Positions 17,732 to 27,419 of a stretch of 64,000 nt of DNA are shown here, in pieces (positions within the stretch are counted from its first letter, which is position 1; each line of letters starts with the position of its first letter). This DNA is from an uncultured Legionella sp. Lineage in GTDB: Bacteria > Pseudomonadota > Gammaproteobacteria > Legionellales > Legionellaceae. The DNA lies in the NCBI GenBank assembly GCA_945952115.1, contig CAMFHA010000001.1, forward strand, positions 3,579 through 67,578. The letters run 5' to 3'. Below the pieces are notes generated by a model. It saw only the letters and a list, made by a program, of their open reading frames with translations, made no database searches and had not been told where the DNA came from. The position numbers were made by a program, and so were the translations under genes.

Positions 17732-20242
17732 TTATTTTTTACTCGAAGTGTATAAGACATCAATACCACTGTTCGAGTTACTGGTACTAACTTGAATGCT
17801 AAAAAATTTACTGAGTAAATATTTCAAGGTAACTACATTAGAGTCAGTCTGTGATAATCCTACATTATAACTTAAACTAATACGTTTAGAGAGTGATTTA
17901 CTCACTACAAAAGCAGTTTTATCGCTTACTTGATTAGTCAGTAAATTATAATTACTATTCGTTTCTACATTAAAATCCACTCCCAGATTTTGTTTTAATT
18001 GTTCTAAAAGTTGAGTTCCTTGAATATTATTACCGATATTCATTGATGAAACAGCTGCTAAAAGTAATTGCGCTCCCGATTTATTCGCTTGACTTGCTGG
18101 GCGCCCTAAAACCATCATGGATAAAATATCTGCTTGAGAAAGAATAGCAGGAGTAGAAAATAATTTAATTTCTGGATTAACTAAACGTCCCGTAACTTCT
18201 ACGCCAACAGTAATACTGCCTCGTAAATTAGCATTTTGTAGGTTATCATTAAATTCGAGTACTTCGTTATTATTTATATTGCTATTCGCTGAGGTATTAA
18301 TTGTCTTTGATGCACGCAAATTAATACCAGGATTATCAATAGCGCCGCCAGTAAAAAACAGTTCCCCTTGCTCAATTTTTAAATTTTGCCCATAGGCTTT
18401 ATATTCTCCTTTGACCACATTTAATTCTCCAGTAGCTAACATTGGACCTTCAGGAGTTTGCTTCACGTTTACGGTTCCAGCAAGTAGGGCATGCAAACCT
18501 TTTGCATTCAGCTCAACTTGTTTGCCTGTAGCTATTTGCACTTCTATTTGACTGCGGATGGGTGAAGATGGCGTTTTTTCTTTACTTTCAAAAATTACAT
18601 CATTGGATAAACCAATACTATTGGAAAAAGACTGGATTTTTATTTTGGCTAAAGGGATTAAAATAGAGCCCATTATTTCTAGTAAATCACGTGCATATTT
18701 TATTTGTAATTTAGGTGAACTAGTAATCTGATATTCATTACTTGTAATAATAGGTACATTGTTTCCTTCTAAATTAATATCTGCAGTAGGTTGAGGTAAT
18801 AATAAGCCATGGCCTTTTAGTACCAAAGGTTGATTGCCAACACGTATCGATGCATTTCCTTCCCATTTATCTTTTTTGCCAGTGAGAGCCGCTTCTATTG
18901 AATTAAGTGTTATCCCTAAATTAGGTAATTCAACTTTGCCTTTATTTAATACTAATTTGCTTTCTATAATGGCTTTTTTAAATTCTCCATGTGCATTTAA
19001 GAAGAGATTTAAGGTTCCTTGTGGGTTCTTCAGTTCTGGTATTAAATTAGCTAAAAAATCTAAGGAATTCATCTTTAAGGAACAATGCGCAGAAAAAGTT
19101 TGTTTTTTAGTTAATCCTTCAGCTAGATTAAAGTGTGGAAGGGTAAAATTGAAGCTTAGTTTTTTAGTGGTATCGAGATTTAATGCTCCTTTGGCCTGAA
19201 TTCCTTTGGATGATAAATGTGCATTAATCAACCCTTCTTGAAAGGTAATGCGATGGATCTTATCTTCTGTTGATACTTGATAAAATCCAGGCGTACTAGT
19301 TATATTCAGGTCGGCGTTATAAGGATTGGTTAATAGCCCATTTAAAGTAAAACTGGTATAAAGTCCTTCATTTTTGGAGTTTTTATTTATAGTATGCATG
19401 GCATTAAATTGAAAATGCCAGGTCAATGGAAGTTTGCCCTGTATTTGGCCATTTATCTGCCATTGTTCTTTAGTTGTTCTATTAAATTTGGAATTAAGAT
19501 CTATTTTGAGTTGGGGTAAATTGCCATTGATGCTAATTCTTCCTTCTTTGCTCAGAATTTCTTGTGCCCTGGTATTAGGCCAGATTAAATCACGCCATTT
19601 TATTACTTGCTCTAATTGATTTAAATGGCTCAATGAGCCTTGTAAAGAAATAGAACCTGGGCCATTAAAATCGCCGGACCAGTTAATTAAATTAATATCT
19701 CCAGCACTCGTTAAAATGCCTTGAGGAAGTGTGTTAATTTTAGTTAATGAGCGCAATCTAACCGCGCTATTAAAAGTGTAGGGATATTGAGGCTTGAGTT
19801 GTAAATCACTCACTACAGTTAAGCCAAGATAGTTAAAACGGAAGGAGTGAATGCTTATTTGCTCTTGAGTAATTAAGGCAGTTCCTTCCACATCATATGC
19901 TGTAATTAATGTATCTTGTTGAGTAACTTCAATACTGTCCGCATGAAAGTCCCTTAATAAAACATTCGCTTGCCACAGCGAGTTGATTGTCCAATTAAGA
20001 GAGACATTTTTTGCTTTGATATTAAGATCATTATAGTGATAATTTAACTCTTTTATTTGAGCATGATCGAGTAAACGGCCTTGCACTTCTTTAGCACTAA
20101 TCGTTTGATTAAAGTAAGCTGCAGAGAAATAAATTAATGCATTAAGGCCGCTACTTGTATAAGTAAAAAAAATAAAAGCGGTGATTGATATGACAAACAA
20201 TGTTAATAAAAACCCACTTAATATTTTTACAAATTTTTTCAT
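17732..20242 (-). CDS. tamB: Translocation and assembly module subunit TamB-like (DUF490 C-terminus)
   Basis: N-terminal membrane anchor, long beta-rich body and a C-terminus (RISLSYNVGLS...TLKYLLSKFFSIQV...GIDVLYT) like TamB. Its start overlaps the tamA stop (ATGA). Confidence 0.75.
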   Translation of the reverse strand: MKKFVKILSGFLLTLFVISITAFIFFTYTSSGLNALIYFSAAYFNQTISAKEVQGRLLDHAQIKELNYHYNDLNIKAKNVSLNWTINSLWQANVLLRDFHADSIEVTQQDTLITAYDVEGTALITQEQISIHSFRFNYLGLTVVSDLQLKPQYPYTFNSAVRLRSLTKINTLPQGILTSAGDINLINWSGDFNGPGSISLQGSLSHLNQLEQVIKWRDLIWPNTRAQEILSKEGRISINGNLPQLKIDLNSKFNRTTKEQWQINGQIQGKLPLTWHFQFNAMHTINKNSKNEGLYTSFTLNGLLTNPYNADLNITSTPGFYQVSTEDKIHRITFQEGLINAHLSSKGIQAKGALNLDTTKKLSFNFTLPHFNLAEGLTKKQTFSAHCSLKMNSLDFLANLIPELKNPQGTLNLFLNAHGEFKKAIIESKLVLNKGKVELPNLGITLNSIEAALTGKKDKWEGNASIRVGNQPLVLKGHGLLLPQPTADINLEGNNVPIITSNEYQITSSPKLQIKYARDLLEIMGSILIPLAKIKIQSFSNSIGLSNDVIFESKEKTPSSPIRSQIEVQIATGKQVELNAKGLHALLAGTVNVKQTPEGPMLATGELNVVKGEYKAYGQNLKIEQGELFFTGGAIDNPGINLRASKTINTSANSNINNNEVLEFNDNLQNANLRGSITVGVEVTGRLVNPEIKLFSTPAILSQADILSMMVLGRPASQANKSGAQLLLAAVSSMNIGNNIQGTQLLEQLKQNLGVDFNVETNSNYNLLTNQVSDKTAFVVSKSLSKRISLSYNVGLSQTDSNVVTLKYLLSKFFSIQVSTSNSNSGIDVLYTSSKK

Positions 20243-21921
20243 AAATCTGTTCCCATGCTAACCACTAAACGCGGATTGGTGCCTGCTCTTTGAAAGGTTT
20301 GATTTATTTCTTGTGCTAATCCTAATTTAATTGGGCCTATAGGGGATACCCACATTATCGAAGCCCCAGCATCATATAAAGTAGATTTCAACGTAGGATT
20401 ATAAACAGTTCCTGCATCATAAAAAGCAATAGCATACCAGTTTTTAACCAACTCTTTTTGTAATTCAAAACCGCCATAACTCACGATTTTTCCTGGACCT
20501 ATTGAGTTGAAACTAAACGCTTTGAGATTATCTGTTCCTCCTAATAATAACGCTAAAGAAAGAGGTAATTGAGTTATATCATTGATTGCAGTAAAACCTT
20601 GAATTGCATGAGCATATAATCGAAATTTAATTGGCTTAATCATATAAGCTGCTTTAGCATCAATAGAGCCTTGTGCAAAAGAGTTTTGAGACAGTACTGC
20701 TTTACTCGCGCCTAAAGCAGTTAATGAAATACTATAACCCGTTGGAGAAAAAAGAGGGCTAGTGGTTTTGCTTATGATCCATTGGCCTTTAGGATAAAGC
20801 ATAAATTCATGGCTATTAGGTTGTTGATTATAATTAAAGCCTTCATACAATGCATTGATGGATAATGAGCGCTTATACCAATCTAAATGATGTTGTTGGC
20901 CAAATGATAATAAATAAGCATTACCATAACCACTGGTGTAATTTAAATTAGAGAAATTACCAGTAATACTGTACTGATCGGTAACGGGATTACTTCCAGG
21001 AATAAGATATTGGGCTTGAAGTGCATTTTGGCTAAAAGAGCCTTGTGCCATAGCATTAAATTTATGTCCTTGTTTATTAACCGGTATAACAAACAAACCT
21101 GCACGACCACGTAGACCCGTATCGGTTCCATAGCCAGCCCCTAGACTGTAAGAGTACTTCGGCACAGATCCTACAAGCACTTCAATAGGAACAGTTGTTT
21201 GAGAATCAGTAATTTGAGGTTTGACTAATACAGAACTAAAATAACCACTGCTTGCTAAATCATTATTTAATTTTAATACCTGATTGGTTGAATAGGTTTG
21301 ATTTATTTTGAATGGTACAAAACGGTGTAATAATTTAGGACTAATATTGGTTGGGTTAAACTGTACTTGACCAAAATAAAATAAAGGACCCGTATCAAAA
21401 ATTAAAGTAATTTTAGCGGTATTATTATTTGTAATTAATACTTCAGCCTTGGTGTATTTACCCTGTAAATAACCTAAATTTTCAGCGGTATCCGTAATAC
21501 TTAATTTGGCTTTATTATATTCAGGCATAAGAAGAGGATCACCTACTTTTAGTTTTATCTCTTCTACAGTTTTTTTTAGTATAGAATTATTAGCTCCACT
21601 TCCTGTTAATTTAATTGCCAGAGAGGAAATATAGGTTACCGGGCCTGGATGAATAGTAATGATAGCTTTTTTGGAGCTAATAATTTGTACATTAATTTGT
21701 GCTCTAAAATAGCCAAAAGGTTGTAAAGCATTTAACACGTGTAAGCGGATGTCCTCTGAGGTCATTTGAGTTAAGGATTTTTCTTGTTGTACTTCATCTA
21801 AGCGTTTTTCGATATTGGTCAAAGCTTTTTCACTGACGCCATTAATCACAAAAGTAGCTTTAGAATCAGCTAATGCTGCAAATGAAATAAGACTTAGAAA
21901 ATAAAAAGTAAATTGTTTCAT
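20239..21921 (-). CDS. tamA: Omp85-family outer membrane protein TamA
   Basis: Signal peptide, POTRA-like N-terminus, C-terminal beta-barrel with WVSPIGPIKLGLA. Paired with tamB. Confidence 0.8.
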   Translation of the reverse strand: MKQFTFYFLSLISFAALADSKATFVINGVSEKALTNIEKRLDEVQQEKSLTQMTSEDIRLHVLNALQPFGYFRAQINVQIISSKKAIITIHPGPVTYISSLAIKLTGSGANNSILKKTVEEIKLKVGDPLLMPEYNKAKLSITDTAENLGYLQGKYTKAEVLITNNNTAKITLIFDTGPLFYFGQVQFNPTNISPKLLHRFVPFKINQTYSTNQVLKLNNDLASSGYFSSVLVKPQITDSQTTVPIEVLVGSVPKYSYSLGAGYGTDTGLRGRAGLFVIPVNKQGHKFNAMAQGSFSQNALQAQYLIPGSNPVTDQYSITGNFSNLNYTSGYGNAYLLSFGQQHHLDWYKRSLSINALYEGFNYNQQPNSHEFMLYPKGQWIISKTTSPLFSPTGYSISLTALGASKAVLSQNSFAQGSIDAKAAYMIKPIKFRLYAHAIQGFTAINDITQLPLSLALLLGGTDNLKAFSFNSIGPGKIVSYGGFELQKELVKNWYAIAFYDAGTVYNPTLKSTLYDAGASIMWVSPIGPIKLGLAQEINQTFQRAGTNPRLVVSMGTDL

Positions 21922-21939
21922 TAAACCTAACCATTTTTT

Positions 21940-21976
21940 ATCCTAGAAAACGCAGTTGTACTCCATGTACACTAGG
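21940..21976. repeat. Degenerate copy of the ATCCTAGAAAACGCAGT element family
   Basis: atcctagaaaacgcagttg at 21940-21958 is identical to the termini at 38034 and 55207. The right end CTAGG contains the mutS stop codon (21972-21974). Confidence 0.6.
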
Positions 21977-24563
21977 CTTTTTCAGTTATTTTTTCAGCTG
22001 ACTTTGTCGCGTTACTAACCGTTTCAGAAGAGATCTTTTCTAAATTTTTTAATTCATAGAGTAAATCTAAGGCTTCTTTTGCACTTAAACTGTCAGGATC
22101 AATACTGGATAATAACTGAAGTGTAGGAGAAAACGAGCTATTTATTTTAGTTGTTTCTTTTATTGTAAATTCTGGTTGTTTCGTTTTATTTAAGTGAATT
22201 AAATAATCCTGTGCTTGTTTTAAAACCTCTTTAGGAATTCCTGCAAGCTCAGCCACCTCTAAACCATAGCTCCGATTAGCGGGGCCTTCTTCTACTTTAT
22301 ATAAAAAACTAATGCGTCCTGTACTAACCGAGGCTTGCATATGAACATTACGAATACAAGACCATTGATTAGGTAAATCAGTAAGTTCAAAATAATGGGT
22401 TGAAAATAAAGTAAAAGCTTTAATTTTATTAGCTAAATAAGCGCATGTCCCGTAGGCTAAAGCCATTCCATCATAAGTACTGGTTCCTCTACCAATTTCA
22501 TCAATTAATACCAGGCTTTTAGCGGTTGCTTGACGTAAAATCTGTGCTGTTTCAGTCATTTCAACCATGAAAGTGGAACGGCCTGAAGCTAAATCATCAC
22601 TTGCACCAATGCGAGTAAATATTCTATCAATAGGACCAATAAGCGCTTTTTTTGCAGGTACAAAACTGCCAATATGTGCAATGAGGACAATCAACGCGGT
22701 TTGTCGCATATAGGTTGATTTTCCTCCCATATTAGGGCCTGTAATGAGTAAAATATTGTGTGTTGGTTCTAAACAAAGATCATTGGCTATAAAGTGTTCT
22801 TTAGCTAGTTGTTCGATAACAGGGTGCCTGCCGGATTGAATAGTTAATCCTGCCTGTTGACTGAGCTCGGGACAATTCCAACTAAAAGTTTCTGCACGTT
22901 CAGACAAATTAGCTAAAACATCTAGCTCTGCTAAAGCGCGTGCTAGATGGCTTAATACAGTAAGATGTTCTTGCAAAGCTACTAATAAATTATCATAAAG
23001 CCATTTTTCTCGCGCTAAGGCTTTGCTTTGTGCGGAAAGCACTTTTTCTTCAAATAGTTTTAATTCAGGCGTGATATATCGTTCAACGTTTTTTAGAGTT
23101 TGTTTACGATGATAATGAGTAGGGGCTTTGTCTGCTTGAGACTTGGAAAGCTCTATGTAAAATCCTTGAACATTATTAAAGCCAAATTTTAAAGTAGATA
23201 AACCTGTTTTTTGTTTTTCCTCTTGTTCAAACGTTGCTAGTTTTTCTTGAGCATTGGTACTCAACAAGGTTAATTCATCTAATTCTTCATCAAATCCAGG
23301 AGCAATCACTCCACCGTCTCTTATTAACATAGGCGGATTATCAATTAGTGCTGATTCAAGTAATTGATAAAGAGTGGGTTGAGGATGAAGCTTTTCTTTT
23401 AGCTGGCTGATTAGAATACTTTTATTAGAATATAAAAGCGTTGTTAGTTCAGGTAATAAATTTAACGTACTGCGTAATGCGACTAAATCTCGAGGACGAG
23501 CTGATTTTAAAGCAATACGAGAGACAATTCGTTCTATATCATAGCTTTGACGTATCAATTCATGAATGTTTAGTGTTTGTTGTAAATTAAGTAGTTCTTG
23601 AATAGCCTCTTGCCGTTGTTTAATTTTTAAAATATTCATTAAAGGACGACTTAACCAACGCTTTAATAAACGACTACCCATATTGCTTGCTGTATTATCT
23701 AAAATTGACATTAAGCAATGTTCATTGCCTCCTTGAACTTGTTCAAACAGTTCTAAATGTTTTTGAGTAGCAGAATCTAATTGTAAATAATCTTGAGAAT
23801 GCTCTAGTGTTAATTCGTTTAAATGGGGTAATGCTTGTTTTTGTGTTGTCTGTAAATAAGCTAATAAAGCACCTGCTGCGGTAAAAGCAACAGGATATTC
23901 TTGATAACCAAAAGCTGATAAATCAGAAACTGCAAATTGTTCTTTAATTAATTTTTGTGCTTGAGTGTTATTAAATTCCCAACCAGGCCTTATTTTTATA
24001 GGAAAATCAGTGCAGTATTCATATAAAGGAGACTTCTCTTGTATTAAAAGCTCTGCTGGTTTTAGGCGAGTTAATTCAGTATTGAGTTGTGTAAGATCTT
24101 GTACCTCGAGTAAATGAAAACGACCACTACTTAAATCAACCCAAGCAAGGCCTATTTTGTTTTTATCGTAATGAAGCGTTAACAATAAATTATCTCGCTT
24201 AGCATCGAGTAATGCTTCATCGGTAATAGTGCCTGGTGTTATTATTCGAGTTACTTGACGCTCCACCGGCCCTTTACTTGTAGCAGGATCGCCAATTTGT
24301 TCACAAATGGCTACGGATTCGCCTTTCTTGAGAAGCCGAGCTAAATAATTTTCTACGGCATGATAGGGAACACCAGCCATAGGAATAGGTTTATTTGCTG
24401 ATTGTCCTCGATGAGTTAATGTTAAATCCAATAATTGCGCTGCGCGTTTAGCATCTTCAAAAAAAAGCTCATAAAAATCCCCCATCCGATATAATAAAAG
24501 CATGTTAGGATAATCTGCTTTTATTTTTAAATATTGTTGCATCATAGGGGTATGAGTAGTCAT
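21972..24563 (-). CDS. mutS: DNA mismatch repair protein MutS
   Basis: 863 aa with [20 protein letters not shown], Walker [14 protein letters not shown] and STFMVEMTE. Confidence 0.98.
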   Translation of the reverse strand: MTTHTPMMQQYLKIKADYPNMLLLYRMGDFYELFFEDAKRAAQLLDLTLTHRGQSANKPIPMAGVPYHAVENYLARLLKKGESVAICEQIGDPATSKGPVERQVTRIITPGTITDEALLDAKRDNLLLTLHYDKNKIGLAWVDLSSGRFHLLEVQDLTQLNTELTRLKPAELLIQEKSPLYEYCTDFPIKIRPGWEFNNTQAQKLIKEQFAVSDLSAFGYQEYPVAFTAAGALLAYLQTTQKQALPHLNELTLEHSQDYLQLDSATQKHLELFEQVQGGNEHCLMSILDNTASNMGSRLLKRWLSRPLMNILKIKQRQEAIQELLNLQQTLNIHELIRQSYDIERIVSRIALKSARPRDLVALRSTLNLLPELTTLLYSNKSILISQLKEKLHPQPTLYQLLESALIDNPPMLIRDGGVIAPGFDEELDELTLLSTNAQEKLATFEQEEKQKTGLSTLKFGFNNVQGFYIELSKSQADKAPTHYHRKQTLKNVERYITPELKLFEEKVLSAQSKALAREKWLYDNLLVALQEHLTVLSHLARALAELDVLANLSERAETFSWNCPELSQQAGLTIQSGRHPVIEQLAKEHFIANDLCLEPTHNILLITGPNMGGKSTYMRQTALIVLIAHIGSFVPAKKALIGPIDRIFTRIGASDDLASGRSTFMVEMTETAQILRQATAKSLVLIDEIGRGTSTYDGMALAYGTCAYLANKIKAFTLFSTHYFELTDLPNQWSCIRNVHMQASVSTGRISFLYKVEEGPANRSYGLEVAELAGIPKEVLKQAQDYLIHLNKTKQPEFTIKETTKINSSFSPTLQLLSSIDPDSLSAKEALDLLYELKNLEKISSETVSNATKSAEKITEKA

Positions 24564-24637
24564 AAATCTAATTTAAAAATTGAAATTGATAGAATCTTAC
24601 CAAAACCGTACTTTTAATGTAAGCACGTTCACAGCTC

Positions 24638-24677
24638 ATATACCCAAAACCTCACATCTTGAAACATTTTGGGTATA
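24638..24677. repeat. Inverted repeat TATACCCAAAA-N18-TTTTGGGTATA
   Basis: 11-bp arms read directly. The 23-nt string catcttgaaacattttgggtata recurs at 57243..57265, and 14 nt of it recur at about 36124. Confidence 0.7.
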
Positions 24678-24803
24678 TAACAAAGAGATTAGAGGGTTTT
24701 TTATAAGACTTGTTTTATTTATTAGGATAAATCCTTCACTTAATGCTATTATTTGCTAGAATTAAATTGATTTTAAACAAAAAAAAACAAAAGGGAGATG
24801 ATT

Positions 24804-24974
24804 ATGATGCGTTTAATTATGGTTGCTGCTGCTGGCTTATTAGCATTAGTATTAACTGGTTGTGGTGAAGACAACAAACCAGCAGAGCCAGCTGCTACTA
24901 GTAACACTACTCCAGCTGCTCCTGCAGAAGCTACTAAACCTGCTGAAGAACATAAAGCAGCTGAACAGCACTAA
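24804..24974 (+). CDS. Small lipoprotein (56 aa), absent from the supplied ORF track
   Basis: MMRLIMVAAAGLLALVLTGC lipobox, then a Pro/Ala/Glu-rich tail. AAGGGAG lies 6 nt upstream. It is followed by a rho-independent terminator. Confidence 0.6.
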   Translation: MMRLIMVAAAGLLALVLTGCGEDNKPAEPAATSNTTPAAPAEATKPAEEHKAAEQH

Positions 24975-24994
24975 GATTTATAGCTTTAAAAAAG

Positions 24995-25018
24995 CCCCCA
25001 CACAAGGGGGTTTTCTTT
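24995..25018 (+). terminator. Rho-independent terminator
   Basis: CCCCC-acacaa-GGGGG stem-loop followed by TTTTCTTT, immediately after the lipoprotein ORF. Confidence 0.7.
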
Positions 25019-25043
25019 AAGCTATCCTTGAGTATCTAATTAG

Positions 25044-25529
25044 ATGAATACATTTCATTCTATTCTTCAAGAATTATCTTCAATTCTTAAAAAATTGCAT
25101 TGGCAATTAGTTACTGCAGAGTCGTGTACTGGTGGGTTAATTGCTAGTTCAATCACAGATTTAGCTGGAAGCTCGGAATGGTTTGAGCGTGGTTTTATTA
25201 CTTACAGTAATTTATCAAAACAACAAATGCTTGGTGTTCCTGAAGAACTCATTATGCACTATGGGGCTGTAAGCGAAGAAGTTGCTCTTTCTATGGCTAA
25301 TGGTGCTTTACAACATAGTGTAGGACAAATTGCTTTAGCAGTAACCGGAATTGCTGGTCCTGCTGGGGGAAGTATAGAAAAGCCAGTGGGTACAGTATGT
25401 TTTGCTTGGTCTATTCGTAATCGTTCATCCTGTGTATTAAGAAAACATTTTAATGGTACACGTCAAGAAATTCGCTTAGCTGCTGCTCAAGAAGCGCTAT
25501 ATGGCACTCTTTCTTTAATCCAAAAGTAA
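25044..25529 (+). CDS. pncC: CinA-family nicotinamide-nucleotide amidohydrolase (PncC domain)
   Basis: TAESCTGGLIAS and GIAGPAGG motifs. Conserved position upstream of recA. Confidence 0.85.
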   Translation: MNTFHSILQELSSILKKLHWQLVTAESCTGGLIASSITDLAGSSEWFERGFITYSNLSKQQMLGVPEELIMHYGAVSEEVALSMANGALQHSVGQIALAVTGIAGPAGGSIEKPVGTVCFAWSIRNRSSCVLRKHFNGTRQEIRLAAAQEALYGTLSLIQK

Positions 25530-25531
25530 TA

Positions 25532-25657
25532 GGAAACTGTTAGTGGCGTGACAAGGTCAGCTGAAAAAATGACTGAAAAAGTGCAATGTACAATTGGAGT
25601 ACATGAGCATTTTGAAGTCATTTTTTCAGCTGAGATTGGCCGTCACTAACAGTTTCC
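25532..25657. repeat. 126-bp imperfect palindromic element between cinA and recA
   Basis: Arms ggaaactgttagtg...tcagctgaaaaaatgac and gtcattttttcagctga...cactaacagtttcc. The perfect blocks are 14 and 17 bp. Confidence 0.8.
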
Positions 25658-25677
25658 GAAGAAGTCTATTGAAAAAG

Positions 25678-25707
25678 TTGGATCTTGGTTACTAGCTGTG
25701 TGATAAT
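25678..25707 (+). promoter_or_regulatory. Candidate sigma-70 promoter of recA (TTGGAT-N18-TGtGATAAT)
   Basis: Extended -10 TGnGATAAT at 25699-25707 and a -35-like TTGGAT at 25678-25683. No CTGT-N8-ACAG LexA box is visible. Confidence 0.3.
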
Positions 25708-25737
25708 TTTGCTTTGCATTTACTCTTGGAATCAATA

Positions 25738-26784
25738 ATGGAAGACAATAAACAAAAAGCATTAGCAGCAGCCTTATCACAAATTGAGCGGCAATTTGGT
25801 AAAGGATCCGTCATGAGAATGGGCGATAGTAATGTAGCCCGTGATATCGAAGCAATTTCTACTGGTTCTTTAGGTTTAGATATCGCTTTGGGGATTGGTG
25901 GTTTACCTAAGGGACGTATTGTTGAAATTTATGGGCCAGAATCCTCTGGTAAAACAACACTTACCCTTCAAGTCATTGCTGAATGTCAAAAAAGAGGGGG
26001 CACGGCAGCCTTTATTGATGCAGAACATGCTTTAGATCCTAGCTATGCGCAAAAATTAGGTGTTAATGTAGACCAATTACTTGTTTCTCAACCTGATACT
26101 GGAGAGCAAGCTTTAGAAATTACGGACATGCTTGTTCGCTCTGCAGCAGTAGATGTGGTGATTATAGACTCTGTAGCTGCTTTAACACCCAAAGCTGAAA
26201 TTGAAGGGGATATGGGTGATTCTCATGTGGGTTTACAAGCGCGGTTGATGTCGCAAGCACTAAGAAAATTAACTGCTAATATTAAACGCTCTAATACGTT
26301 AGTTATTTTTATTAACCAAATCCGTATGAAAATTGGGGTAATGTTTGGTAGTCCAGAAACAACTACTGGTGGTAATGCTTTAAAATTCTATGCCTCTGTT
26401 CGTTTGGATATTCGCCGTATTGGCTCGATTAAGAAGGGCGAAGAGATTTTAGGAAGTGAAACTCGTGTTAAAGTGGTGAAAAATAAAGTAGCGCCTCCAT
26501 TTAAAGTAACTGAATTTGATATTCTTTATAATGAAGGAATTTCACGTGAAAGCGAAATTATTAATCTTGCTGTCCAATTGAATCTTATTGAAAAAGCAGG
26601 AGCTTGGTATAGTTATAAACAAGAGAAAATTGGCCAAGGTAAAGACAATGTTCGTCTGTATTTAAAAGAGCATCCACAAATTGCTCAAGAATTAGAACAT
26701 CAGATTCGAACAGAGTTATTGACTAATAATTTGTCAATGTTGTCTCCTGCTAGTGAAGATACGTTTGAGACTATAGATGACTAA
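25738..26784 (+). CDS. recA: Recombinase RecA
   Basis: [22 protein letters not shown] and Walker [10 protein letters not shown]. Start placed at ATG 25738 rather than the upstream TTG. Confidence 0.98.
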   Translation: MEDNKQKALAAALSQIERQFGKGSVMRMGDSNVARDIEAISTGSLGLDIALGIGGLPKGRIVEIYGPESSGKTTLTLQVIAECQKRGGTAAFIDAEHALDPSYAQKLGVNVDQLLVSQPDTGEQALEITDMLVRSAAVDVVIIDSVAALTPKAEIEGDMGDSHVGLQARLMSQALRKLTANIKRSNTLVIFINQIRMKIGVMFGSPETTTGGNALKFYASVRLDIRRIGSIKKGEEILGSETRVKVVKNKVAPPFKVTEFDILYNEGISRESEIINLAVQLNLIEKAGAWYSYKQEKIGQGKDNVRLYLKEHPQIAQELEHQIRTELLTNNLSMLSPASEDTFETIDD

Positions 26785-27211
26785 AGTCTTAGATTGTGCT
26801 TTGCGCCTATTAACCAGGCGCGAGCACAGTGGCAAAGAGCTTAGAGAGAAACTCAAGCAAAAGAAATTTAATGCAGATGAAATAGAGGATGCATTAGAAT
26901 CTTGTCAGCAGCTTAATGTGCAAAGTGATGAGCGTTTTGTTGAGAGCTATATTCGCACTCGAATTCATCAAGGTTATGGACCCGTAAAAATCACGCAAGA
27001 ATTAAAACAAAAAGGTGTTGATTCTGAACTTATTGATAAAAAGATAAAACAAGAAGAACTAAATTGGCTTGGATATGCCTTGGCCGTGTGGGAAAAAAAA
27101 AGTAAAGGACAAGCTAATTTATCTTTTCATGAAATTCAAAAATATCAACGTTTTTTACTTTACCGCGGTTTTGATATGGATATAATCTCTCAAGTAATAA
27201 AAGAAAGATAA
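26777..27211 (+). CDS. recX: RecA regulator RecX
   Basis: 144 aa. Overlaps the recA stop by 8 nt. [16 protein letters not shown] is typical of RecX. Confidence 0.9.
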   Translation: MTKVLDCALRLLTRREHSGKELREKLKQKKFNADEIEDALESCQQLNVQSDERFVESYIRTRIHQGYGPVKITQELKQKGVDSELIDKKIKQEELNWLGYALAVWEKKSKGQANLSFHEIQKYQRFLLYRGFDMDIISQVIKER

Positions 27212-27240
27212 TCACTCATCACATTTTGAATGCTTTAGAG

Positions 27241-27359
27241 GAAAAGTCAGATTTGAGTGCAGGTTGAACGATCTTGCTGCAAAAAAAGCGCAGCATACAT
27301 AAGTATGTGAGCATTTTTTTGCAGCAAGATCGTTCAAGATGCATCAAATATGGCTTTTC
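27241..27359. repeat. 119-bp nested palindromic element between recX and alaS
   Basis: Inner perfect 24-bp arms (ttgaacgatcttgctgcaaaaaaa and its reverse complement). The outer arms gaaaagtcagatttgagtgca and tgcatcaaatatggcttttc are shared with the element at 52044..52102. Confidence 0.85.
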
Positions 27360-27419
27360 GGTGAACGTGGTGAATAGTTATAAAGAAAGTTCCTTTAACT
27401 AATAGGTAAGTAGTAGATA

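Noticed and set aside
25660-25737. Searched for a LexA/SOS box (CTGT-N8-ACAG) upstream of recA
   Set aside because: None is present. CTGTGTGATAATTTTGC lacks the ACAG half. This is consistent with the reported absence of LexA in Legionella, so no feature is called.
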